A model generated the notes under the pieces. It ran no database searches, had not been told where the DNA came from, and was given only the letters and a program-made list of their open reading frames with translations. Source: Nitrososphaerales archaeon (GTDB lineage: Archaea > Thermoproteota > Nitrososphaeria > Nitrososphaerales > JACPRH01). Taken from it: a stretch of DNA of 51,429 bases. Shown in pieces: positions 1 through 9,493 of this stretch. The DNA is taken from NCBI GenBank assembly GCA_030745655.1, contig JASLOE010000004.1, positions 1-51,429 on the forward strand, read 5' to 3'. The position numbers and the translations under genes were made by a program. Position 1 is the stretch's first letter, and the number at the start of each line of letters is the position of its first letter.

Positions 1-927
1 CCCCATATTATTGCAAAAGTTAAGAAGCCCGTTGAAAAGATTCTAACCAGAAATGGATTCAAGTTTTATTGGTCAGTGATTAATATTGCCGATATGAATA
101 CGATTCAAAAAATCGTTAAATCGATTGGTCAAAAGGTCGATATCATGAGTGGACTTGGGGGAGGAAAGACGGTTGATGCTGCAAAACTTGTCGCATTTAA
201 CAAAACTCTGCCTTACATTAGTATCCCTACAAGTGCATCTCACGATGGTATATCAAGTCCTTTTGCATCAATAAAGGGGTCAGGCCGTCCTTACTCGATT
301 GTGACCAATCCTCCACTAGGAATAATTGCTGATCTTGACATCATTGGTGGCGCACCAATTAGACTTCTGGCAAGTGGATGTGGAGATTTGATTGGTAAGA
401 TTACAGCTGTTAAGGATTGGGAAATAGAACGAACTGATAAAGGGTCATACTATGGAAAATATGCTGCAAGTCTCGCACATCTTAGTGCTGATATAGTAAT
501 TGAAGAAGCAAAGAATATAGGACTTGGAAAGAAGGATAGTATTCGAGATGTTGTTGAAGCTCTTTTAAGTGCTGGAGTAGCTGCTGGTATCGCAGGCAGT
601 AGTAGACCATGTAGTGGCTCTGAACATCTGTTTGCCCATGCCGTGGATATTCAAGGAGATAATAATGGGTTGCATGGTGAAAAGGTAGGGTTAGGAACTA
701 TACTTATGGCCAAGCTTCAAGGGATTAATTGGGAAAAAATAGTGAAAGCCCTTGAAGATATTAATGCTCCTACTAATGGACAAGATATCGGACTTGATGA
801 TAAAAGAATAGTGAAAGCAATACTACAAGCGAAAAAAATTAGGCCAGATCGTTACACCATTCTTGAACGGATAAATTTAGATGAACGGTCAGCTATTAGT
901 CTAGCACGGTCAACAAATGTGATATGA
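1..927 (+). CDS. egsA: sn-glycerol-1-phosphate dehydrogenase (5'-truncated by window edge)
   Basis: Frame open from base 1; motifs GGGKTVD, PTSASHDG, SRPCSGSEH, LHGEKVG. Confidence 0.95.
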   Translation, partial: PHIIAKVKKPVEKILTRNGFKFYWSVINIADMNTIQKIVKSIGQKVDIMSGLGGGKTVDAAKLVAFNKTLPYISIPTSASHDGISSPFASIKGSGRPYSIVTNPPLGIIADLDIIGGAPIRLLASGCGDLIGKITAVKDWEIERTDKGSYYGKYAASLAHLSADIVIEEAKNIGLGKKDSIRDVVEALLSAGVAAGIAGSSRPCSGSEHLFAHAVDIQGDNNGLHGEKVGLGTILMAKLQGINWEKIVKALEDINAPTNGQDIGLDDKRIVKAILQAKKIRPDRYTILERINLDERSAISLARSTNVI

Positions 928-1364
928 CCTACAAATCAATATACACAACACTCAATGAATCCCTCGCTAAACCCGGATATGCTTTTCAATTTCTCGGTGA
1001 AGCTGAAACATGCAGATCTTGTCCTTCACTTAAACCATGTCTCGGACGACTTGAAATAGGAGAATTTTACTTCGTAACTAACGTTAGGAAAAATAAGCTG
1101 GAATGTAAATTATTAGAAGAAAGAGCGGTTGTGGTTCAAGTAAAGCCACAACTAAGAAATTTAGCAGTGAGCAGCAGCTCCGCAGTTGTAGGTACTACAA
1201 TAAGTGTTCAAGGGGTTGACGGTATCCCGTGTCGAGATAATTGTCTCTGTCTCCCAAACAATGTTAAGATAGATAAGCATTACATTGTGAAGAGAGTGAT
1301 TAAGAAGACTTGCGATTGCCCTGTTTACGCTTCTCGGTCTTTGGTAGAGGTTGAGCCTTCTTAG
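924..1364 (+). CDS. UPF0179-family Cys-rich protein
   Basis: F-x-F-x-G...CxxCxxxxxC motif and later Cys pairs; ATGA overlap with egsA, the usual archaeal neighbourhood. Confidence 0.75.
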   Translation: MTYKSIYTTLNESLAKPGYAFQFLGEAETCRSCPSLKPCLGRLEIGEFYFVTNVRKNKLECKLLEERAVVVQVKPQLRNLAVSSSSAVVGTTISVQGVDGIPCRDNCLCLPNNVKIDKHYIVKRVIKKTCDCPVYASRSLVEVEPS

Positions 1365-2091
1365 ATTTCACTTTCTTCTTTGTGGTTATCTTAGTTTTTT
1401 TAGCTTTCTTAGGCTTTTGTGATTCATATATTTCTAAATATGTTACTTTGTTTATATTATCAACATACTTGAATATGTCCGTAGAAGCCGCCTTTTTTAT
1501 TATTTGAAGTCCTTCAGTAAGGTAAGCTTCTTGAGGAATGCTAATGGTTACTTCGTCATTCTTAATTTTGAGAGAAATCTTCTCTTCTTCAACTGGTAAT
1601 CTTCTACGTAGTAGTGATATAGCCTTTTCATATGTAGTTGTTAGCTCCTTAGATATCTTGAAATCATAAGTTAATATTTTACCTGCATATCTATGGTTGA
1701 AATCTATCTGAGCTCTTCCTGACCCTATGAACCTAATGAGACCTATCCTATTATCTATCTCAACTTCGTCACCAACTCTGAGCTCTGCGGCCTTCTCACC
1801 AAGCTTCCTCAAAGGTATTCGTCTAACCTTATTGGGGTCTCTTGCACCAAAGGCTTTTTCTGGATGTATGTCAAGAACGATCCTCTTGTTGAGCTTTGCA
1901 GAAATTATTGCTTCGTCTAAACCTTTCAGAACCCATTCTTCACCAACTGATACTAATCTTGGTTCATATTTCTTGGACTCGTCAAAAACTCCGAACTTCT
2001 TGGCATCTGCCTCTACGGTGGTTTCTATAATCTCGCCTGTATCTTTGACTCTTCCAGATAAATCAATAAGTATCAATGTACCTTTCTCCAA
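1300..2091 (-). CDS. Long-type archaeal FKBP peptidyl-prolyl isomerase (SlyD-like)
   Basis: PEKAFGARDP, IDFNHRYAGK motifs; Lys-rich C-terminal tail. Confidence 0.92.
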   Translation of the reverse strand: MEKGTLILIDLSGRVKDTGEIIETTVEADAKKFGVFDESKKYEPRLVSVGEEWVLKGLDEAIISAKLNKRIVLDIHPEKAFGARDPNKVRRIPLRKLGEKAAELRVGDEVEIDNRIGLIRFIGSGRAQIDFNHRYAGKILTYDFKISKELTTTYEKAISLLRRRLPVEEEKISLKIKNDEVTISIPQEAYLTEGLQIIKKAASTDIFKYVDNINKVTYLEIYESQKPKKAKKTKITTKKKVKSKKAQPLPKTEKRKQGNRKSS

Positions 2092-2189
2092 TTATAATTC
2101 CTCCAATTCATCAACACTGAATTCGAAGCCCGTAAAAACCTTGTGTCTATCCAAAGATTCCCGCAATTCCAAGAATCTAATTACTCTGC

Positions 2190-3338
2190 CTATAGATCTC
2201 TTAACTTTGCTCTTGCAATTTCAACAGGATCCTCGCTTCTAACCTTATCCATCAAGGACCTAAGTGTATTATTTACAGCCGAAACCGTTGTAACTACATG
2301 GTATCTGTGCACTTCACCCAATGAACCTATCCTGAATAATTTACCTTTGTAATGTCCAAACCCTCCTGCAATCACCACCCTATACTCTTTATCTAACATA
2401 CCCCTGAACTGTTTATCATCTACACCTTCAGGATAGTTAACAGATATGATCGTATTAGATCTTACATCTTCAACCGCGAAGAGTTTAAGCCCCATGGCCG
2501 TAAATGAAGAATAGAATGCATCGGCACATAATTTATGCCTTTGTATCCTTTGCGTCAATCCCTCTTCTAAAGCCATATTCAGCGCTTCATCCAATGCATA
2601 GTATAGTGAAAGTGCCGGTGTAAACGGTGTCTGGCCTATTTCAGCATACTTTAGATGCCTAGCGATGTTAAAGTAAAGGTGTGAAGGTGGATTATCAATA
2701 ATATACTTCTTCGCCTTTTTGCTGACTGATACCATCGCAAGACCCGGCGGGGCTGCAAGGCTTTTCTGGCTTCCTGTAGCAACAATGTCGGCACCTATCT
2801 TATCCACTGGAATATCATCTGCTGTAAGATTAGAAACCGAATCCAATATCAGAAAGCTTCCATACTTTGCTGCAAGATCACCTGCTTCCTTTAACCATTT
2901 AAACATGGTTCCGGTTGACGTTTCATTTGTAATAATGATAAGTGCCTTTACATCCTTATTTTTTTCAAACGCCTCTTCCAATTGATCTATCCTAGGAACA
3001 TCTCCAAATGGGGCTTCAACCTTTATTGCCACTCCACCAGAGCTCTCGACAAGGAGCGCCGCCCTTTCACCAAACTCACCAAAAACAGTTACGATTGTTT
3101 TGTCACCTTTTCTTACAATGTTGGTGATTGCAGCCTCTACAGCACCAGTACCTGATGATGAGAAAACGATTACGTCACCAGATGTCTGGTAAACCTGTTT
3201 TGATTTTTCAACTATGTTTTTCATGAGAAAAGCAAAATCTGGAGTTCTATGACCCATTAATGGAGCCAGCATTGCGTTCATAATCCGCTCAGGTACATTT
3301 GTAGGACCTGGAAGCATAAGCAGTTTTTTTGGATTCAT
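2190..3338 (-). CDS. Class V PLP aminotransferase (alanine-glyoxylate/serine-pyruvate family)
   Basis: LLMLPGPT, SGTGAVEA, NETSTG, GSQKSLAAPPG (PLP lysine), FRIG. Confidence 0.92.
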   Translation of the reverse strand: MNPKKLLMLPGPTNVPERIMNAMLAPLMGHRTPDFAFLMKNIVEKSKQVYQTSGDVIVFSSSGTGAVEAAITNIVRKGDKTIVTVFGEFGERAALLVESSGGVAIKVEAPFGDVPRIDQLEEAFEKNKDVKALIIITNETSTGTMFKWLKEAGDLAAKYGSFLILDSVSNLTADDIPVDKIGADIVATGSQKSLAAPPGLAMVSVSKKAKKYIIDNPPSHLYFNIARHLKYAEIGQTPFTPALSLYYALDEALNMALEEGLTQRIQRHKLCADAFYSSFTAMGLKLFAVEDVRSNTIISVNYPEGVDDKQFRGMLDKEYRVVIAGGFGHYKGKLFRIGSLGEVHRYHVVTTVSAVNNTLRSLMDKVRSEDPVEIARAKLRDL

Positions 3339-3468
3339 TATCTTACATACTCCTAAAGAAGAGTATTGTAAACTTTGCTAATAGTTGAAATTTTAACAAT
3401 GATATCTGCCTATTCCGTAAAACATTTCAAGTCGTGTTACAAACTGAGGTTCTTAGGAAGATGAAGAA

Positions 3469-4002
3469 TTGCTGAATAGAGGATTATTCGTTGGACGGTT
3501 CCAGCCTTTTCATAATGGGCATCTTAACGCTATTAAGTATGTTTTGGAGCATGTGGAAGAGCTTATTTTGGTTGTTGGAAGTGCACAACATAGTCATGAC
3601 TCTATTAATCCATTCACTGCAGGTGAGAGAATCTATATGATGCGGCTTGCATTGAAAGAAGCTCAAATAGATCCTGCCAGACATATTATAGTGCCCGTTT
3701 CTGATGTAACTTTGCATTCTACATGGTTTTCTCACCTCCAATCATGTGTTCCTCGGTTCGAAGTTGTTTATTCCAATGAACCCCTAACTTGTCGTCTTGC
3801 AAAAGAAGCTGGATACAGAGTTGAATATGTTCCTCTCTTTAAGCGCGATAGATATTGGGCTACAGAAATCAGGAAGAGAATGTTATCTGGAGGTAATTGG
3901 AAAGAACTGGTCCCAAAAAGTGTAGCTGAATTCATAAAGCTTCAAGATGGAGTTCAAAGAATCAAAGATTTGGTACAGACAGATGTTACGACTGACGACT
4001 AG
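3469..4002 (+). CDS. nadM: Nicotinamide-nucleotide adenylyltransferase
   Basis: GRFQPFHNGH, NPFTAGER, ATEIRKRM motifs. Confidence 0.95.
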   Translation: MLNRGLFVGRFQPFHNGHLNAIKYVLEHVEELILVVGSAQHSHDSINPFTAGERIYMMRLALKEAQIDPARHIIVPVSDVTLHSTWFSHLQSCVPRFEVVYSNEPLTCRLAKEAGYRVEYVPLFKRDRYWATEIRKRMLSGGNWKELVPKSVAEFIKLQDGVQRIKDLVQTDVTTDD

Positions 4003-4055
4003 CACAATCATTTAATTCATCATTTGGAACGCAAAGTTTTCTAGGAATGATTTAG

Positions 4056-5117
4056 TTGAACGATCCTCAATTCTTTGAGATAGATGGATCGTTCGGAGAG
4101 GGGGGAGGCCAGATTCTTCGTACGTCAATTACTCTCTCATTAATCCTGAATAAGCCTATTAAGATTAAGAATATAAGAGCCAAACGAAATATTCCCGGGT
4201 TAAAACCTCAACATATCACCGCAGTAAAGCTTCTTGCAGATATGTGTGATGCTGAAGTTCAGAACCTTCAGTTAGGCGCAAGTTGGGTGACTTTTAAACC
4301 CGGAAAGAAACCACAATCATCACTTAAATTCGATGTAGGAACCGCTGGCAGTGTCTCACTCATCTTGATTGCTGCTGTACCAGCTGCTAGTCTAAATGGA
4401 GTTGGCTGCGAACTTGAACTCAAAGGAGGTACCGATGTTAAGTGGAGTCCAACCATTGACTACTTTAGATATGTAGTATTACCTGCTTTCAAGCTCTTGG
4501 GTATGAATTGTACAATAGATGTAGTTAAAAGAGGATATTTCCCTCGAGGAGGAGGAATAGTGAAAGCATACATCAAACCTTTAAAGAAACTTAAACCTCA
4601 ACAAATAGTTTCTAGAAGTACTTCTCCAATATCTGGAATAAGCATCTGCTCAAATCTTCCTAAAGATGTCGCTGAGAGACAGATGAGAACAGCCCTAGAC
4701 AGATTATATTCACAAAATATGAGTTGGGGCAATATTATGATAGATGTAACGGATGCCATTTCACCCGGTTCGTCTATTACTCTCTTCTCTGTTTCTAAAG
4801 GGTCTTTCTTGGGTGCAGATAATGTAGGTGAGCAAGGGAAACCTGCTGGGAAGGTGGGGAAACAGGTTGCTCATCTCTTCTTGAAGGAGTATTTCTCAGA
4901 AGCTCCGATTGACAGATATATGGGAGATATACTTGTCACACCTCTGTTTCTTACCGCTGGAGAATCAAAGTTCAAAGTATCAACATTAACTCCGCACATA
5001 CGTACTAACCTTCATGTTGCAAGTCTTCTAACTGGACGTAAGTACTACTTCGAAATGCACAAAAATGAAACTACCACCATAACCATAGAACCTGATTCAA
5101 TTAAGTCGATGGAATAA
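4056..5117 (+). CDS. rtcA: RNA 3'-terminal phosphate cyclase
   Basis: IDGSFGEGGGQILR, GGTDVKWSP, RGYFPRGGG, catalytic His in TPHIRTN. Confidence 0.95.
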   Translation: MNDPQFFEIDGSFGEGGGQILRTSITLSLILNKPIKIKNIRAKRNIPGLKPQHITAVKLLADMCDAEVQNLQLGASWVTFKPGKKPQSSLKFDVGTAGSVSLILIAAVPAASLNGVGCELELKGGTDVKWSPTIDYFRYVVLPAFKLLGMNCTIDVVKRGYFPRGGGIVKAYIKPLKKLKPQQIVSRSTSPISGISICSNLPKDVAERQMRTALDRLYSQNMSWGNIMIDVTDAISPGSSITLFSVSKGSFLGADNVGEQGKPAGKVGKQVAHLFLKEYFSEAPIDRYMGDILVTPLFLTAGESKFKVSTLTPHIRTNLHVASLLTGRKYYFEMHKNETTTITIEPDSIKSME

Positions 5118-5132
5118 AGTTATTATTACTTG

Positions 5133-5173
5133 AACATGCTGCTCCTCTAATCGCAGAAAAGGAGCAGCATGTT
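5133..5173. terminator. Perfect 14-bp inverted repeat between convergent rtcA and glnK (terminator or 3' stabilising hairpin)
   Basis: AACATGCTGCTCCT (5133-5146) / AGGAGCAGCATGTT (5160-5173), 13-nt loop. Confidence 0.55.
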
Positions 5174-5214
5174 AAAGGAAATGCTTTTCGTTTCTAATGT
5201 GTTATCTATTTTTC

Positions 5215-5553
5215 CTAGATAGCGTAATCGCCACTTTCGCCTGTTCTTATTTTGATTAGATCATCCATTGGAAGAATCATTATCTTACCGTCTCCAACAT
5301 TCCCTGTATGAGCAGTCTCTTTAATTAATTCTACAACTTTTTCGGAATTTTTGTCACTAACCATCAATTCAATTTTTGTCTTGGGCAGAAGATCAACATT
5401 GTATGGTCTTCCTCTAAACTGAAGCTCCAAACCTTTCTGATTCCCCTTTCCTCGAACTTCGTACACAGTTATACCAGGAATATCTGCTTCGAGAAGAGCT
5501 TTCCTGACCTCATTCAGCTTTTCTCCTCGGATAATGGCTTCAATTTTCTTCAT
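5215..5553 (-). CDS. glnK: P-II nitrogen regulatory protein
   Basis: MKKIEAIIR, T-loop FRGRPY, LLPKTKIE, B-loop TGNVGDGKI, IRTGE; downstream of amt. Confidence 0.95.
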   Translation of the reverse strand: MKKIEAIIRGEKLNEVRKALLEADIPGITVYEVRGKGNQKGLELQFRGRPYNVDLLPKTKIELMVSDKNSEKVVELIKETAHTGNVGDGKIMILPMDDLIKIRTGESGDYAI

Positions 5554-5907
5554 TCAAACCACTTCTTCAGTTCTCCTCACGAGAACTTCAACTCTTTCTT
5601 CCATTATTTTATTCATTGTAATCTCATCAACTTCCGTTATATAGATCATGTTTTCATCATCTTTAGATGCATTCTTAATAATATTGATAACCCTACTTAT
5701 ATCATTATTCTCTACAATTACCTTCATTTGTATGATACGTTCATAGATTTCTCTATATTCCTGTCCACGCCACATCTTCTTTTCACCTTTTTGATGACTT
5801 CTACCTTTACCCTCGAAATACGTAAGATTGGAGAAACCTGCTTTGGTTAATGCATTCAAAACTGAATTAAGACTGTTTGGAGAAACCGTTGCTTCAACCT
5901 TCTTCAT
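5554..5907 (-). CDS. Divergent P-II family protein
   Basis: MKKVEATV, GKGR..KG, T-loop WRGQEY; B-loop GDGK and C-terminal RxR absent. Confidence 0.8.
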   Translation of the reverse strand: MKKVEATVSPNSLNSVLNALTKAGFSNLTYFEGKGRSHQKGEKKMWRGQEYREIYERIIQMKVIVENNDISRVINIIKNASKDDENMIYITEVDEITMNKIMEERVEVLVRRTEEVV

Positions 5908-5911
5908 TTGT

Positions 5912-7339
5912 TCACTTCATCTCCTGTTTTTTTGGTTCATAATTTTCAAGTTTTTTGCTTTCTTCTAGTGGTGCGGTAAAATCTGGGTAGCATATTGCTC
6001 CATGTTCAGTTTTGTCTAATCCTTCTTCTTCCTCCTCTTTTGAGACTCTCAACCCTATCGTTTTCTTCAATGTCCAGAAGATAACATACGTTGTACCAAA
6101 AACCCACGCGAAGTTTGCAATAACACCAATCACCTGCGCCACCAATTGTCCAGTACCCCCTCCGTAGAGAAGACCAGTAACAAAGGGACCTTCAGTCGTA
6201 TACAGTCCATAAGTTCCATCGGCAAAGATACCGACACTTATCAGTCCCCAGATTCCAGCGATAAGGTGACACGATACGGCTCCAATAGGGTCGTCTATGC
6301 CTTTCCTCTCGAAGAAGAGGACACTTTCAACCATGATCAAACCTGCTGCAAGCCCAATAACAACAGCAGCCCATGCTTCCACCCAAGCACAAGGTGCTGT
6401 GATAGCAACAAGACCAGCAATCACTCCGTTGCCAGCCATAGTAACATCTGGATGTCCAAACTTTTTCCATGTATATAGTGTTGCTATAAATCCTCCTGCT
6501 GAACCTGCAAGAAGTGTAGTAACTGCTATTATGGATATTCTTAGCTCTGTTGCAGCAAGGGTACTACCGGGATTAAATCCAAACCAACCAAACCAAAGTA
6601 TGAAAACACCCAGCACTGCCATTGAGATACTGTGTCCAGGTATTGCCCTAGGTTTACCTTCATTATCATATTTTCCAATTCTAGCTCCAAGCAGCATAGC
6701 ACCAGCTAAACCAGCTCCGCCTCCAACCATATGAACTACTCCAGAGCCAGCAAAATCTACATGACCTAATCCTAACCCATACCATTCTCCCAACATTGAT
6801 AGCCAACCTCCTCCCCAAACCCAATGCCCATATATCGGATAAATGAGGGCGGTTATTAGGAAGCTAATTATGTAATATGTTCTGAATTTTGTCCGCTCAG
6901 CCATAGCACCAGAAGCAATAGTTGCAGCAGTACCTGCAAAAACCATTTGAAATATCCAAAGCAGATAAGTACTTACGTCATAAGCTTCTCCAAGGAGAAA
7001 CCAGCTACCTACGCCATATATTCCTGCTACGCTTGTACCAAACATTAGTGGAAATCCTATTGCCCAATAACCTAAACTGCCTATCGTAAAATCAGCGAGA
7101 TTCTTCATCATTATATTACTTGTATTCTTTGCTCTTACAAGACCACCTTCAAGCATTGCGAAGCCGCCCTGCATCAAAAACACAAGGAATGCAGCCATCA
7201 ATGTCCAAGTGAAGTTTACAGCTGCAGTAGAATCTTCAGCCAAGGTGATATCTCCCGCTGGATCAGCTGCCAATACGATTGGAGCTACCATTATTGATAG
7301 AGTCAAAACTAAAATTAATTGGGATATAATCTTCATCAT
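5912..7339 (-). CDS. amt: Ammonium transporter (with signal peptide)
   Basis: MQGGFAMLEGG, GAMAER, DFAGSGVVH, GWFGFNPG, DDPIGAVSCH; ATG at 7339 preferred over TTG at 7357. Confidence 0.97.
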   Translation of the reverse strand: MMKIISQLILVLTLSIMVAPIVLAADPAGDITLAEDSTAAVNFTWTLMAAFLVFLMQGGFAMLEGGLVRAKNTSNIMMKNLADFTIGSLGYWAIGFPLMFGTSVAGIYGVGSWFLLGEAYDVSTYLLWIFQMVFAGTAATIASGAMAERTKFRTYYIISFLITALIYPIYGHWVWGGGWLSMLGEWYGLGLGHVDFAGSGVVHMVGGGAGLAGAMLLGARIGKYDNEGKPRAIPGHSISMAVLGVFILWFGWFGFNPGSTLAATELRISIIAVTTLLAGSAGGFIATLYTWKKFGHPDVTMAGNGVIAGLVAITAPCAWVEAWAAVVIGLAAGLIMVESVLFFERKGIDDPIGAVSCHLIAGIWGLISVGIFADGTYGLYTTEGPFVTGLLYGGGTGQLVAQVIGVIANFAWVFGTTYVIFWTLKKTIGLRVSKEEEEEGLDKTEHGAICYPDFTAPLEESKKLENYEPKKQEMK

Positions 7340-7341
7340 TA

Positions 7342-7467
7342 TCACTTCTTGAAACAAAGATTCTCTGGTTGTAACAGAGCTAAGTAGTAACTGTTTATGT
7401 TTTCATTCATAGACTTTGTTATTCTAGGCGATTTAGTGATTTCAGTATCCCCATTCTTGATTTTCAT
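7342..7467 (-). CDS. Possible 41-aa small ORF immediately upstream of amt
   Basis: ATG about 24 nt downstream of TTTATATA (7498-7491); stop 2 nt before the amt ATG. Confidence 0.3.
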   Translation of the reverse strand: MKIKNGDTEITKSPRITKSMNENINSYYLALLQPENLCFKK

Positions 7468-7691
7468 GGAATCCAGCTGTAAACCATTGATATATAAACT
7501 TTGCCAGATTATTGAATAGTATAACATAAATAAGACAAATATATTGTTATAAGTATACATATATATCACTTTACTCGATAATAAGAACATATTATTATTT
7601 TTATTTTCATAATATCCGTTTGGATAAGGTTATTAAGTGATAGAATTGTTTTGTGAAGTGGTACACTGTATCAGAAGAAAAGTTGATTGAA

Positions 7692-8291
7692 ATGTCGGGT
7701 CAAAGTTATATGCCTGGAGCTACCGCTGTAGGAATAGCCTATAATGGTGGTGTAATTATTGCTGCTGAGAAAAGAATCTCATATGGTACCTATGTAGTTA
7801 GTAAAACAGGCAGAAAAGTTTTCAGGATAGCTGATAAAGTTGGTGCAGCATGTGCAGGTTTAGTTGGGGATATGCAGGTACTTATGCGCGAAATAACCTC
7901 ATATGTTAAGATTCGAGAGATAGATACGAGAAGATCTCTTCCTCCTAACTCTGTGGCTAAACTCTTGTCTGTGATAATGTTTGAGAGAAGATTCGCACCG
8001 TTCATTACTCAGATCATTATTGGTGGTGTAGCTGAAAAACCATCAGTATATGTACTTGATCCACTTGGTTCTGTAATCCCAGATAAGTATGCTTCAGTAG
8101 GGTCTGGCGCCGAGTTAGCCATAGGTGTTATTGAATCAGAATATTCAGATGAGATGGATGAGGAATCTGCGAAGAAATTGGCAATTAAATCCATAAAATC
8201 TGCTATACAACGTGATTCAGCGAGTGGTGATGGTGTAGACATCATGGTTATTAATAAAGATGGTATTAAAGAAGAGACCACCAATTTTTAG
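7692..8291 (+). CDS. psmB: Proteasome beta subunit (Ala in place of catalytic Thr1)
   Basis: PGATAVGI, AAEKR, GSGAELAIG, RDSASGDG. Confidence 0.95.
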   Translation: MSGQSYMPGATAVGIAYNGGVIIAAEKRISYGTYVVSKTGRKVFRIADKVGAACAGLVGDMQVLMREITSYVKIREIDTRRSLPPNSVAKLLSVIMFERRFAPFITQIIIGGVAEKPSVYVLDPLGSVIPDKYASVGSGAELAIGVIESEYSDEMDEESAKKLAIKSIKSAIQRDSASGDGVDIMVINKDGIKEETTNF

Positions 8292-8303
8292 ACTAGATTA
8301 ACC

Positions 8304-9269
8304 GTGGAATACGAAGAAACACTATATCCCACAAAACTTCGCGATCTTCTCAAGAAGCAAAGATACCACTGGGTAGGTAATCATTCAGCTGTAAAAAAGT
8401 GTAATTGGCTACATGAAAGTTTAGTTCATAATCGTGTTTGTTACAAAGAAAAATTCTATGACATAAAATCCCATAGATGCCTTCAGATGTCTCCAGCGGT
8501 GCTAAACTGCCTCACTTATTGTATTCATTGTTGGCGAGCTTTACCTGAAGATATTGGTTTATCTTGGGAAAGCGTGTTCCATGGAGATTGGGATGATCCT
8601 GAACTAATTGCTGACGGTCTTTTTTATGAGCATAATCGAATTCTATCTGGATATAAATCTCAAGTTCTTAATGGAATTATTGAAGAAAGGAAATATAAAG
8701 AATCTTTGAACCCAAATCAAATAGCGATAAGCCTATCCGGTGAACCTACACTATATTCACATTTAACTGATTTAATACAGATTTTTAAAAACCGCGGTTG
8801 TACTGTCTTCCTTGTAACAAGTGGGGTTCTTCCTGTAGCACTTGAATCATTAATGGAAAAAGAATCTGAGCCAACTAAATTGTATATTTCACTTTCTTCT
8901 CCAGATCAAGAATCGTATATAAAATTGAATCGACCGATACAGCAAAATTTGTGGTTTTCTCTAATGAAAAGCCTTGATATTTTGGAGAAATTTAAGTGCT
9001 CAACTGTTGCACGAATAACTGCAATAAAGGGATTGAATATGAACGATAATGATGTAGATGGTTTTGTAAGGCTTATTGAAAGATCTGGCTGTTCTGAGGT
9101 TGAGGTAAAGGGGTATATACATGTGGGATTCTCTACTAATAGACTTTCTGAAGAAAATATGCCAAGTTTTAACGAGGTGAAAGAGTTTTCAGAAAAGGTT
9201 GCTGATATCCTTGGATATACAATAAAAAATGAAGTAGCAGACAGTAGAGTTATTCTTCTTTCAAAATAA
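8304..9269 (+). CDS. taw1: 4-demethylwyosine synthase Tyw1/Taw1 (radical SAM)
   Basis: HSAVKKCNW, CYKEKFY, SHRCLQMSP, CLTYCIHCWR, AISLSGEPT. Confidence 0.93.
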   Translation: MEYEETLYPTKLRDLLKKQRYHWVGNHSAVKKCNWLHESLVHNRVCYKEKFYDIKSHRCLQMSPAVLNCLTYCIHCWRALPEDIGLSWESVFHGDWDDPELIADGLFYEHNRILSGYKSQVLNGIIEERKYKESLNPNQIAISLSGEPTLYSHLTDLIQIFKNRGCTVFLVTSGVLPVALESLMEKESEPTKLYISLSSPDQESYIKLNRPIQQNLWFSLMKSLDILEKFKCSTVARITAIKGLNMNDNDVDGFVRLIERSGCSEVEVKGYIHVGFSTNRLSEENMPSFNEVKEFSEKVADILGYTIKNEVADSRVILLSK

Positions 9270-9493
9270 TCTTTAAATTTTTTAATAAAATATTTTTCAT
9301 ATATTAACCCTAGATCAGAGTTTAAGAAGGTTAGTTATGAAAAAATCTCGAATTTCAAGAACTAAACTGAAAACAATATGGAAAATGTTCTGAAAACGCC
9401 ATTATCACATTAAATGTCTAAGGTTGATATTCTTAAGAATTTATATTCAACCAAACCATTTATTATAGTATAATCTAAATCGACTAGTTGTGT

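Noticed and set aside
5133-5173. SECIS element
   Set aside because: No convincing archaeal SECIS motif and no in-frame TGA at a catalytic position in the neighbouring genes
7468-7590. N-terminal half of the tracked 82-aa ORF 7342-7590
   Set aside because: Runs through AT-rich promoter DNA including the TATA box; only the part from ATG 7467 is plausible
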